Shown: positions 31,586 through 41,123, counted from the first letter of the whole stretch. The stretch: DNA of 42,005 nucleotides, filler included, from an uncultured virus (IMG/VR IMGVR_UViG_2061766007_001905) (15 parts of one record of this genome joined end to end with filler, not necessarily neighbours in it); one strand, 5' to 3'. Made by a program: numbers and translations. Notes: a model not told the origin generated them from the letters alone.

Positions 31586-32546
31586 TCACTTCTTGGGTCG
31601 CTTGATGAGGAAGGTGACGTAGTCGCTGGTACGGNNNNNNNNNNNNNNNNNNNNNNNNNNNNNNNGCGTTGACAAGGAACTCCACCAGCTGCTTGTTGGC
31701 AACGGCTACGTTCTTCTTGTTCCTGACGACACAGGAAGCCCCGACGGTGGCGTTGAACACGAAGTGCAGGGCACCCGTGATGTTGTCCTGCCTCAGACGA
31801 AGGCGCATCAGGCTCGCGTCGANNNNNNNNNNNNNNNNNNNNNNNNNNNNNNNNNNNNNNNNNNNNNNNNNNNGCGAACTTGTTGGGGCCGATGTTGTTT
31901 GCCAGGCTGCTCGTCCTCTCGAAGTCAAAGAAGGTGAAGTCCTCCTTCTTCTCTGTCTGGGTGCTCCTGACTGGTTCCGGGCTCACTATCTCCTTGTCCG
32001 ATACGCGGGCGGCATAGTTGAGGGCTCTGTCTATCTCGTCGTGTCTCTCCCAGTCGGTCTTTTCATCTGTCAGCCTTTGCAGCTTGGCCTGCTTCTCGCC
32101 AATCTCCTTCTCCAGTTGGCGGGTCTCCCTTTCCCGTTCCTCTCTCTCCTTGGCCTCCTTTTCGCGCTCCTTCTTCCTCCTGTCCCACTCCCCGCTCTCG
32201 CACTCCTTGCAGTGCTTGTGTAGCAGTCCGTTCGAGCGGTACAGGAAGGCGGACTTCGGAAGCACCCTGCAGCAATGGGCGCACTTGACGGTGGCTTCCT
32301 CCACCATTTTCCCGGTCAGCCTGAACTCACGCAGCTTGCGCTNNNNNNNNNNNNNNNNNNNNNNNTATTGCCGGCTGAACCCATGTCGAATGCGTCCAGT
32401 ATGACATTCTCCGCCGAAACCTTCCCGTAGTAGTCGTCGATGCTGATTCTCTCGAAGCGGTGGTTGGCATAGAAATACTCGAAGTTATTCGTCACGCCCT
32501 TTCCATTGAGGAACTTGCGGAACAGTGTTATCTCGTCATACGTCAT
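31586..32546 (-). CDS. Hypothetical protein with Zn finger (CxxC..CxxC) and coiled coil
   Basis: MTYDEITLFRKFL..RKLREFRLTGKMVEEATVKCAHCCRVLPKSAF..HCKECE..; fragments joined across gaps; ends TFLIKRPKK*. Confidence 0.55.
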
Positions 32547-32565
32547 AAGTTACTCCTTCCTGGTG

Positions 32566-32815
32566 CTACTGCTCGATTAACGGGATGATGTTCTGCTTCT
32601 TCAACGCGTCNNNNNNNNNNNNNNNNNNNNNNNNNNNNNNNNNNNNNNNNNNNNNNNNNNNNNNNNNNNNNNNNNNNNNNNNNNNNNNNNNNNNNNNTGA
32701 ATGCATGTAGCCCTGCGAGAGGTAGGGGGCGTAGAGGATCCACTGGTCGCCTACCTTGTGCTGGATGCGGAGGGCGAACAGCTTCTGGTTGAACGCCTTC
32801 GCCGACATGCCGTAG
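32566..32815 (-). CDS. Phage antirepressor, KilA-C (ANT) domain, C-terminal fragment
   Basis: YGMSAKAFNQKLFALRIQHKVGDQWILYAPYLSQGYMHS..IIPLIEQ. Confidence 0.85.
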
Positions 32816-33420
32816 NNNNNNNNNNNNNNNNNNNNNNNNNNNNNNNNNNNNNNNNNNNNNNNNNNNNNNNNNNNNNNNNNNNNNNNNNNNNNNNNNNNNN
32901 NNNNNNNNNNNNNNNNNNNNNNNNNNNNNNNNNNNNNNNNNNNNNNNNNNNNNNNNNNNNNNNNNNNNNNNNNNNNNNNNNNNNNNNNNNNNNNNNNNNN
33001 NNNNNNNNNNNNNNNNNNNNNNNNNNNNNNNNNNNNNNNNNNNNNNNNNNNNNNNNNNNNNNNNNNNNNNNNNNNNNNNNNNNNNNNNNNNNNNNNNNNN
33101 NNNNNNNNNNNNNNNNNNNNNNNNNNNNNNNNNNNNNNNNNNNNNNNNNNNNNNNNNNNNNNNNNNNNNNNNNNNNNNNNNNNNNNNNNNNNNNNNNNNN
33201 NNNNNNNNNNNNNNNNNNNNNNNNNNNNNNNNNNNNNNNNNNNNNNNNNNNNNNNNNNNNNNNNNNNNNNNNNNNNNNNNNNNNNNNNNNNNNNNNNNNN
33301 NNNNNNNNNNNNNNNNNNNNNNNNNNNNNNNNNNNNNNNNNNNNNNNNNNNNNNNNNNNNNNNNNNNNNNNNNNNNNNNNNNNNNNNNNNNNNNNNNNNN
33401 NNNNNNNNNNNNNNNNNNNN

Positions 33421-33678
33421 GTTTCGGTAGATTGCATACTTCCCTCCCTTCTTGATGCCAAAGAGGTTCCTTGTGCGACGGTAGTAGTCGCTCTTGAAGT
33501 TGCCCGTCTCAAGCCTTGCCTGAGCGAGCACGACGGCAGGGTGGGGGATGTTCTGNNNNNNNNNNNNNNNNNNNNNNNNNNNNNNNNNNNNNNNNNNNNN
33601 NNNNNNNNNNNNNNNNNNNNNNATCAGTATTCCGATTGCCCATCCTGCACCGAAAAGGTTGTATTCTCTTTGTGTCAT
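33421..33678 (-). CDS. Glucosaminidase (GH73-like) with N-terminal hydrophobic segment, C-terminus in gap
   Basis: IPHPAVVLAQARLETGNFKS..NLFGIK, the AQAxLE(T/S)G..NLFGIK signature. Confidence 0.8.
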
Positions 33679-33717
33679 AACAATTATAGCTTATCCTTGT
33701 TGATTTATTTCTAAATA

Positions 33718-33900
33718 AACCGCCTCGCACAGACCGCACGGCCGAGGCTTTTCAATCCATCCGTGCTCTGCGCGTCGGAGGCGGTTAAGTTTGATGTGGG
33801 GGGCACCTGGTGCTTCTGCGTACTCATCATTTGCGCCATTTCTCTATCTCCATAGAAGGCAACCCCTCCCATCTTCGGGCTTCTCACGGCCAAACACCCG
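33718..33900 (-). ncRNA. Candidate structured RNA / long hairpin in intergenic region
   Basis: Minus strand AACCGCCTC/GAGGCGGTT + GCGCAGA/TCTGTGC + GCACGG/CCGTGC stem followed by TATTT; a second branched domain closed by GATGGGAGGGG/CCCCCCACATC. Confidence 0.4.
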
Positions 33901-33980
33901 TTTCGTGGTGGACGACTATTTCAGTTAGTTTGAATCCCATATCGAATATTCCTTCAAGTCAATGCTGTGGATTTCTTCTA

Positions 33981-34403
33981 TTAGGATGTGCCATTTAGCA
34001 ATTCGGGATTGTCATGCACGTTTCCAATGACTTCAAGGAGTTCATCTTTACCAAATGCGTTAGGGGAGAGCGACCACGAATCATAGTACTCTTTCCTTTT
34101 TTTATCAAACAGGCCTATGAAAAAACGGGGAGGTTTATATCTAATAATGCCACACGTTGTATGGTGTCCGGCACTCCATGCATCTACTATATCCCCTTCG
34201 TAGATTTCATTGCCGGGCTTGTCGTATAATCCCGTGAATTGTCCTACGGTTTCAGGGTCAACCTCATACTGTTTGTTATAGGTTCCATCATCATTGTATG
34301 TGTGTATGAATGTCCGTCCTGTAGCCCTGCGTATTTCAAGGTCACCATACACCCAGTCGCTTTTATCAAGGCATCTGCCTCTGAATTTGATAGTTCTGTT
34401 CAT
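33981..34403 (-). CDS. YopX family protein
   Basis: IKFRG..WVYGDL..VDPETVGQFTGLYD..EIYEGDIV..EVIGNVHDNPELL. Confidence 0.92.
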   Translation of the reverse strand: MNRTIKFRGRCLDKSDWVYGDLEIRRATGRTFIHTYNDDGTYNKQYEVDPETVGQFTGLYDKPGNEIYEGDIVDAWSAGHHTTCGIIRYKPPRFFIGLFDKKRKEYYDSWSLSPNAFGKDELLEVIGNVHDNPELLNGTS

Positions 34404-34760
34404 AATCTTTAGTTATAGATGGTCGTATTCTACTTCTTGCCAATCTTTTCCGTTGAAAGAAATCTTATCGGCAGNNNNNNNNNNNNNNNNNNNNNNNNNN
34501 NNNNNNNNNNNNNNNNNNNNNNNNNNNNNNNNNNNNNNNNNNNNNNNNNNNNNNNNNNNNNNNNNNNGTCTGTTCCTTGATTACGATTACTAAATCACCG
34601 CCTATCTTGAAGGCTTTTTCAAACAGGTCTTTACATCGCTTGGGGACGTTTGCCCATCTGCTCTTATGCTTGGAAAATGCCGTACACCATCCCATTGTGN
34701 NNNNNNNNNNNNNNNNNNNNNNNNNNNNNNNNNNNNNNNNNNNNNNNNNNNNNNNNNNNN

Positions 34761-35083
34761 ATAGTCATCTCCGAACAGGCTTAGTTGAACGGGAGCGGCC
34801 TTCGGCCTGACAACTGGTGCCGCCTTGGCAGGCTCCACGATTACCGGTTCTTCAATTCTGGGGCTTTCCAGAGCCTGTTTCCTCGCNNNNNNNNNNNNNN
34901 NNNNNNNNNNNNNNNNNNNNNNNNNNNNNNNNNNNNNNNNNNNNNNNNNNNTGGTTGGCAATGCGGGGAAGGGGTAAAGCCCCTCGTTAACGATATATCC
35001 GAACCGTGCCTCTCCCGGTTCGCAAAGGGTGTCATGGCAGATGACCTCTCCGAAGCATCCGTGTATCATCATGTTTATGGCGG
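34761..35083 (-). CDS. N6-adenine DNA methyltransferase, C-terminal fragment
   Basis: AINMMIHGCFGEVICHDTL resembles the A.lN..lhg....i..gDtL segment of HsdM-like MTases; ends ..QLSLF. Confidence 0.65.
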
Positions 35084-35183
35084 NNNNNNNNNNNNNNNNN
35101 NNNNNNNNNNNNNNNNNNNNNNNNNNNTTAATTAATTAANNNNNNNNNNNNNNNNNNNNNNNNNNNNNNNNNNNNNNNNNNNN

Positions 35184-35452
35184 GACTGCCATGCCGTAGA
35201 TTTCCTCGTCGGCAAATCCCTCACAGCCGGACTTCTTCACCTGCTGGAGAATGTAGTTACAGCACTCGTCAAGGTTCTTGTTGGCCTTGGCGTAGGTCTT
35301 GGCGAAAAGCTCGTCTTCGGCGGCTCTCNNNNNNNNNNNNNNNNNNNNNNNNNNNNNNNNNNNNNNNNNNNNNNNNNNNNNNNNNNNNNNNNNNNNNNNN
35401 NNNNNNNNNNNNNNNNNNNNTGCTCTTTCTTCGGTTCGTTCTTTGTTGCCAT
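35184..35452 (-). CDS. PcfK-like protein (AcrIIA9-related family)
   Basis: Manual frame RAAEDELFAKTYAKANKNLDECCNYILQQVKKSGCEGFADEEIYGMAV. Confidence 0.8.
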
Positions 35453-35470
35453 ATCAATATTGCGTAAAAG

Positions 35471-36164
35471 TTAAAGTTTTCTTCTGTCCTGCCCCTTAAT
35501 CTCGAAGTAGTTGCACATTTCCACAAGACGGCTGGCCACACGGTCGCCGTAGCGGTCAACGAGCGCCTTGTGAGACATAGGCAGGTTTGAGGTGAATAAT
35601 GTGATGTTGTCGGACTTGTCGCCGCGTGTCTCAATCACGTTGCGCATNNNNNNNNNNNNNNNNNNNNNNNNAAGCAGCACTCCAATGGTTCTGCCCCGAG
35701 GTCTTGAATGCCGAGGATATTGTTATTCTTGATGCCATCGATGTTACCTGTGTTGGAAAACTTTGAGCATATATCATCGGCACTGATGTTTGCCCATGAA
35801 AGGCCCGTCTGCTTGTCATCGAATGTTATCTGGAATCCCATCATCCGTGAATAGGCTACGATGATTTCAAGCGCCCACGACTTGCCAGTTCCCGTATTGC
35901 CAGCTATATAGATACCACGTTTCAAGTTTCCTTTCACATGCTCCTTGCTGTTCGGATCGAGGCATTGCATGGATGNNNNNNNNNNNNNNNNNNNNNNNNN
36001 NNNNNNNNNNNNNNNGAGGTTCGTGTAGGTGAAGCGGTTCTCGTCGTCAATCACGAACTTCTGTGTCCGGCTCTTGCCAAGAATCTCTATCATCTGCAGT
36101 GACTCGTTGATGTCAAAGTCCTCGGTGTAGGAATAGCGGATGATATCATTGAAATATCCTCGCT
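35471..36164 (-). CDS. DnaC/IstB-like ATPase (helicase loader), N-terminus missing
   Basis: Walker A GIYIAGNTGTGKS, Walker B-like LGIQDLGAE, TSNL, RYGDRVASRLVEMCN..GQDRR. Confidence 0.88.
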
Positions 36165-36174
36165 NNNNNNNNNN

Positions 36175-36504
36175 AAGGTGATGTCTGCCATCATGTCGCA
36201 GATGCTGGCCGGGGTAAAGCACTGGCCGAGGGCGTTCTTGCTCCCTGCCCATTCCATGAAGAGGTCGCCAAAGGCATCGTGCCAGCCGTCATGTACGAGG
36301 GCATCCTGCATGATGTTGAAGTAGGCCGACATCATGGAGAAGAAGCACCGGTTCTGCTCCTTGTTGTACCTCCATCCCTCCACTGGCTTCCCGTCAGGGT
36401 CGCAATAGCCGATGNNNNNNNNNNNNNNNCTCGGCCATTCCGATTCCGTAGCGGTAGCTGAAATTCTCCATTTCCTTTGCAAGTGGCTTTACCGAGTAAC
36501 TCAT
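36175..36504 (-). CDS. N6-adenine DNA methyltransferase, N-terminal fragment
   Basis: MSYSVKPLAKEMENFSYRYG..DAFGDLFME..LGQCFTPASICDMMA (GQxFTP motif X); ATGA overlap with the PcfJ stop. Confidence 0.75.
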
Positions 36505-37740
36505 GCTGCTTTCTTGAATAGTCCGATGTTCTTTTCGACGAGCTTCACTATCTCGTTGTGATACTTACTCGTGCCGTTCTGCAATGCCCTTGACTGGACG
36601 ACCTTCCATGTCTTGGTGTTGACCTCCACCGTCTCGAGGCGGTGCCCTTCCTTGTCCTTTGCAGACAGTATCAAGCTGTTAGGATGTCGTTTGTGGTCGT
36701 AATAGCCGTTGGCATATACGCAGTGGTGCATCATCGTGCCCTCCTCAGCCATTTCCTTGACGCTGCAGATGACGGTGACGACGATATCATCATTGCCGAA
36801 GCAGATACCGAAGAACATTCCACGGTGCTTCTTGTACTGCTTCTCATACCTCTCAGCCTGGGCTATCTGGCGTTTCAGNNNNNNNNNNNNNNNNNNNNNN
36901 NNNNNNNNNNNNNNTTCAAGTTCTCCGGGCATATATAGTGAGGACTGTGGGTGTCCTTATTGAAGTATTCTAGCAGGTCGATGTAGTCAAACCACATCGA
37001 TGCGTCCTTGATAACATAGTGATGGCGAGAGCATATCTTCACTATCTGCATCCACNNNNNNNNNNNNNNNNNNNNNNNNNNNNNNNNNNNNNNNNNNNNN
37101 NNNNNNNNNNNNNNNNNNNNNNNTTGCAAGGGCTTCCACGGATGGATCGTCCAACAATCCTCTCCAAATGGTAATGGGACTGGTACACATGTTGAACATC
37201 TTGTTGCTCCATCCGTTTCGCTTGAGGAGGGGGAGTATCTTGGCTCTTGGATAAATCCATTTGTTTTCAAGTGAATAGACATCGTTGTAGGTATAGCCTC
37301 CTGTAGGCGTGTTTGGCTTCACCTTCCATTCGCTGTGCATGAACCACCTAAAATGGTACCAGCTTCTTGTGTATTGCTTGGATATGATGACCTGCTTTCC
37401 CTTGTTGGGCTCATACCAGACTTGGAACACCTCGTACACGTGGTTGACAGTGTCGCTTCCAAGGGAATTGCTTTGGTGCCAGTTGAACATCCTAACGACC
37501 TGCATTCCCTCGCATACGGTGACGACGGCGAACTGGAAGTCATGCTCGGCATCGTGCCTGTGGTCCCAACGGGGAGTCCAGTCACGGACTTCAAGTTTCC
37601 TTCCGCATCTTGAGCATACGTGGCTTTTGGTCTCCTTAATCTTGAGGGCTACGGCCAACGGTGGAAGGCCCACCTCGTCCATCTGTCCGCACTCCTGGCA
37701 CCATACGCAACTGTGCTTGCCCTTACGTCCTCTCGTGACG
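36501..37740 (-). CDS. PcfJ-like protein (gapped, N-terminus missing)
   Basis: WCQECG..CSRCG; DASMWFDYIDLLEYFNKDTHSPHYICPENL; EEGTMMHHCVY..LILSA..RLETVEV..VVQSR. Confidence 0.85.
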
Positions 37741-37840
37741 NNNNNNNNNNNNNNNNNNNNNNNNNNNNNNNNNNNNNNNNNNNNTTAATTAATTAANNNN
37801 NNNNNNNNNNNNNNNNNNNNNNNNNNNNNNNNNNNNNNNN

Positions 37841-38501
37841 GCTCGATACCGTCATCATACGTTATCTTCATATCCATCTGGAAGAACTTCTTCTCTTCCT
37901 TGTCGTTGCCGTCCTCGCTCTCGTCTGGGCCTTGACGGGCATTCAGATAGGTCTCCATGTCGATGCCGTCACGCAGGTAGGCAATATCCAGATTCTCCTT
38001 TGTCAGCTCGTCGGTGAGGATGATGCAGGAGTCCATTTCCTGGACGTTGGTAATAGAGAATCCACCCGAATAGTTCAGTTCCAGATAGTCACGCATGATT
38101 TCGAGCACGTTCTGAATACTGGTAGCGTAGAGGATGAAGCGGTACTTCTTGTCGCCAACCGTAACCTTGGAGNNNNNNNNNNNNNNNNNNNNCTCCAACT
38201 CATAAGCCTCTCTGTTCTGGTTGCTGACCTCAATCTCCTTACATTCCCCGGCGGCTTGCGAGAACTGAATCTTCTGCAATACCTCACGGTCAATGTAGGT
38301 ACCTTTCTCAAACAGGACTTCGTTTCGCTCAACAGACGTTATCTGTCCTGTGTCCTTATCCACGAAATCCTCAGTCCATGTCTTCAACACACGGGCGCAG
38401 ATGTACTTATTCAACATGCGCTTCGGATCATCCGTCTTGAAGCGGATTTCATCCTTTCGCGTCTTGACCTTCTCATTGATGGGAACTTTCTTCTTTGCCA
38501 T
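37841..38501 (-). CDS. Phage protein with RpoB-insert-like N-terminal domain and DUF4494-like C-terminus, copy 1 (truncated)
   Basis: ARVLKTWTEDFVDKDTGQITSVERNEVLFEKG. Confidence 0.7.
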
Positions 38502-38697
38502 TGTTGTTCTGATTTGATGTTTTGTTGAGTTTCTTTGTCAGCTTCCTTGCCATGAGCCGCATGAGCCTTGCGCGGTTCTGTAGCCGAAGCGAGCTGTTGC
38601 CGAGTTCTTCCATTCTGGCCACCTCCGCCTTGATGATGGCGTCTGCCTCTTCAAGGAACTGGATGATGTTTTTCACGTCCGTCTTGCATACTTCCAT
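38473..38697 (-). CDS. Small hypothetical protein
   Basis: MEVCKTDVKNIIQFLEEA..NRARLMRLMARKL; starts next to the MBL stop. Confidence 0.7.
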   Translation of the reverse strand: MEVCKTDVKNIIQFLEEADAIIKAEVARMEELGNSSLRLQNRARLMRLMARKLTKKLNKTSNQNNNGKEESSHQ

Positions 38698-38698
38698 G

Positions 38699-39178
38699 TC
38701 AGTAGGGGTCTTTTGATAGGTCGATGGTCATGCCGGCATTGGCTGCGTACACGCACTTGCCAGTCAGTTCCGAAACCTCACGGACAAACCTTTTCTCGTC
38801 GGAGTTTCCGTCAGACAGGTGAATCAGTATGATGTCGCTCACGTCAGAGAGGTCGTTGTCCTGCAGTATCAGCTTGGTCGTGCCAAGTTCCATGTGTGAT
38901 TTCAGCAGCCTCGGACGCATGGAAGGCGGTACGCTTCCGTTCTCTATGTTCCTTGTCAGGATGTCGTCGGCATAGTTCGCCTCTATCATGACGTGGTTCA
39001 TGCGAGGAACAATCATGTCAAGCGTCATCGTATCGGTGACGAAAAGGATGCGGCCTGATTCTGGGTGGTCTATCACATAGCCTACACAGGGGCATTTGGA
39101 ACCGTCATTGTTGGAATGGTCGAGGGAAATCGGCATAATCTTGAAGTCGCCGACCTTGATGCCGTGCAGCGGCTCGAT
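38699..39178 (-). CDS. Metallo-beta-lactamase-fold hydrolase (YycJ-like nuclease), C-terminal part
   Basis: LDH..CVGYVI..ILFVTDT..IEANY..KSHM..ILIHLSDGNS. Confidence 0.85.
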   Translation of the reverse strand: MEPLHGIKVGDFKIMPISLDHSNNDGSKCPCVGYVIDHPESGRILFVTDTMTLDMIVPRMNHVMIEANYADDILTRNIENGSVPPSMRPRLLKSHMELGTTKLILQDNDLSDVSDIILIHLSDGNSDEKRFVREVSELTGKCVYAANAGMTIDLSKDPY

Positions 39179-39188
39179 NNNNNNNNNN

Positions 39189-39508
39189 ATCCGCTTCTGA
39201 CAGAGATAGTTGCCATCCACATAGAGGACACCTTCACCGACAAGCTCTTTCAGGGCATTAAGAATCTCTTTCTTGTCGTATGGCATGTGACGAACCAACT
39301 GNNNNNNNNNNNNNNNNNNNNNNNNNNNNNNNNNNNNNNNNNNNNNNNNNNNNNNNNNNNNNNNNNNNNNNNNNNNNNNNNACTTATGCATCATGCACAT
39401 CAGTCTGATGTAGATGCCTGTTGCCGATGCAGAACACTCCAGCAGCTTTTCATCGTTGAGGAAGTCCTGCACGTTCAACGGCAAACATGGTTGGTCTCTT
39501 AATGCCAT
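39189..39508 (-). CDS. Replication initiator-like protein (DUF1376-type N-terminus), fragment
   Basis: MALRDQPCLPLNVQDFLNDEKLLECSASATGIYIRLMCMMHK..YLCQKR; joined to the MBL gene only by a 10-N gap. Confidence 0.65.
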
Positions 39509-39513
39509 AGCTT

Positions 39514-40314
39514 CTACTCTGGTTCGTTGTATGCCAGGGAGAACTCCTTCGGTACGAAGCTCTTCACTGGCATTGGTATTGCTTTCTCGATGCAAAGGGT
39601 ATTCTTGCGTATCTCATAGNNNNNNNNNNNNNNNNNNNNNNNNNCGGCATCCTGCAAGTACTTGCTGATTACAAGAAGCGCACGGTTTGTGTCGAAGGTG
39701 TTCACGATGAACGATTGATGCAGCTCTATGCCGTCATCATACGTAATCTTCATGTCCATCTGGAAGAACTTCTTCTCCTCCCTGTCGTGTCCGTCCTCGT
39801 TCTCGTCAGGCCCTTGCCGTGCGTTCAGGTACGTTTCCATGTCGATGCCGTCACGCAGGTAGGCGATATCCAGATTCTCCTTTGTCAGCTCGTCGGTGAG
39901 GATGATGCAGGAATCCATTTCCTGAACGTTGGTGATGGTGAATCCGCCTGAGTAGTTCAGTTCCAGATAGTCGCGCATGATTTCGAGCACGTTCTGAATG
40001 CTGGTGGCGTAGAGGATGAAGCGGTACTTCTTGTCGTCAACAGTACACTTGGNNNNNNNNNNNNNNCTCTCCAGTTCGTATGCCTCTCGGTTCTGGTTGC
40101 TTACCTCAATCTCCTTGCACTCTCCGGCCGCCTGCGAGAACTGAATCTTCTGCAATACCTCGCGATCAATGTAGGTGCCTTTCTCGAAGAGGACCTCGCT
40201 ACGTTCAACGGGCGTAATCTGTCCCGTGTCCTTATCCACGAAGTCCTCGCTCCATGTCTTGATGACACGGGCGCAGATGTACTTATTCAACATGCGCTTC
40301 GGATCATCCGTCTT
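39514..40314 (-). CDS. Phage protein with RpoB-insert-like N-terminal domain and DUF4494-like C-terminus, copy 2 (start missing)
   Basis: ARVIKTWSEDFVDKDTGQITPVERSEVLFEKG; near-identical to 37841-38501. Confidence 0.7.
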   Translation of the reverse strand, partial: KTDDPKRMLNKYICARVIKTWSEDFVDKDTGQITPVERSEVLFEKGTYIDREVLQKIQFSQAAGECKEIEVSNQNREAYELEXXXXXXKCTVDDKKYRFILYATSIQNVLEIMRDYLELNYSGGFTITNVQEMDSCIILTDELTKENLDIAYLRDGIDMETYLNARQGPDENEDGHDREEKKFFQMDMKITYDDGIELHQSFIVNTFDTNRALLVISKYLQDAXXXXXXXXXYEIRKNTLCIEKAIPMPVKSFVPKEFSLAYNEPE

Positions 40315-40394
40315 NNNNNNNNNNNNNNNNNNNNNNNNNNNNNNNNNNNNNNNNNNNNTTAATTAATTAANNNNNNNNNNNNNNNNNNNNNNNN

Positions 40395-40504
40395 NNNNNN
40401 NNNNNNNNNNNNNNGTTCGTCTCGTGCTCGTCGAAGTCCACCGTCAGCTCCCGGACTCCCTTGAAGTTCAGAAGCGTCATTTGTCTGATAATGATATTTT
40501 TCAT
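40395..40504 (-). CDS. SMC/Rad50-like ATPase, N-terminal fragment
   Basis: MKNIIIRQMTLLNFKGVRELTVDFDEHETN, the typical I..l.l.NFKG....vdF start of this family. Confidence 0.7.
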
Positions 40505-40511
40505 ACGTTCA

Positions 40512-40805
40512 CTATTTATGTGTTACACAATATGTCTTTGCTCTCGACTTTGTCACGGCATCCGTCTCAACCTTGTTGGAACGGAGCCAGTTCTCGATTT
40601 CTGCCTTGTCGAAGAAAATCTTGCCGCCAAGGGGCTTGTAATAAGGGATTGTCTTGTTGGATGTCATGCGGTATATGTTGCTTACCGTGAACCCGGTCAT
40701 GATGCTGACCTCCTCGATAGTCAGTACATCCTTTGAGGACAAGAGGACAAGGCGCTCAATCTTGCTCAGTCGCTCGTTGATTTGGTTGAATTCTTCTGTT
40801 GCCAT
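40512..40805 (-). CDS. Excisionase-like HTH (HTH_17) protein
   Basis: KDVLTIEEVSIMTGFTVSNIYRMTSNKTIPYYKPLGGKIFFDKAEIENWL; start MATEEF. Confidence 0.88.
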   Translation of the reverse strand: MATEEFNQINERLSKIERLVLLSSKDVLTIEEVSIMTGFTVSNIYRMTSNKTIPYYKPLGGKIFFDKAEIENWLRSNKVETDAVTKSRAKTYCVTHK

Positions 40806-41022
40806 GATTGCTTGGTTTTGTCGATCCTGTTGAGTCTCTTCACGGCCAATGAAGCGGCAATGAAGAACAAAGCTGATAACCAGATGGAATCCTCGATTGC
40901 GATGGCTCCACCCAGAACGAATAGGATGATGGTATGCATGAGGATGACCTCCCGTCTCGTAACGGTACCCTCGCCGTCCATCAGGGAATTTCCTGTCTTG
41001 CTTTCGGTATCGAGCCATTTCG
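40766..41022 (-). CDS. Small membrane protein (start missing)
   Basis: VTRREVILMHTIILFVLGGAIAIEDSIWLSALFFIAASLAVKRLN; two hydrophobic helices. Confidence 0.55.
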
Positions 41023-41123
41023 ANNNNNNNNNNNNNNNNNNNNNNNNNNNNNNNNNNNNNNNNNNNNTTAATTAATTAANNNNNNNNNNNNNNNNNNNNN
41101 NNNNNNNNNNNNNNNNNNNNNNN

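Larger units (their letters stand above)
1316..41079. other. 14 artificial contig-joining linkers TTAATTAATTAA flanked by N runs
   Basis: Identical six-frame stop spacer starting at 1316, 4424, 6353, 10502, 15648, 21011, 24085, 25220, 25825, 27048, 35128, 37785, 40359 and 41068, always embedded in N runs; not biological. Confidence 0.97.

Noticed and set aside
32566..33678. Glucosaminidase-KilAC fusion in the ORF track
   Set aside because: The domains are separated by about 600 Ns, enough for a stop and a new start; treated as two genes.
33884..33925. Hammerhead ribozyme (minus strand CTGAAATAG..CGAAAC..CCGTG)
   Set aside because: Core is CUGAAAU rather than CUGANGA, the cleavage-site base would be G, and stem I is not convincing.
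38699..39595. Replication initiator-MBL nuclease fusion, and similarly MTase-DnaC fusion at 35635-36252
   Set aside because: Both joins occur exactly at 10-N gaps linking out-of-order fragments.
1316..41079. Recurrent TTAATTAATTAA as a biological repeat or CRISPR-like array
   Set aside because: Always embedded in N runs of the same length and provides stops in all six frames; it is a contig-joining linker.
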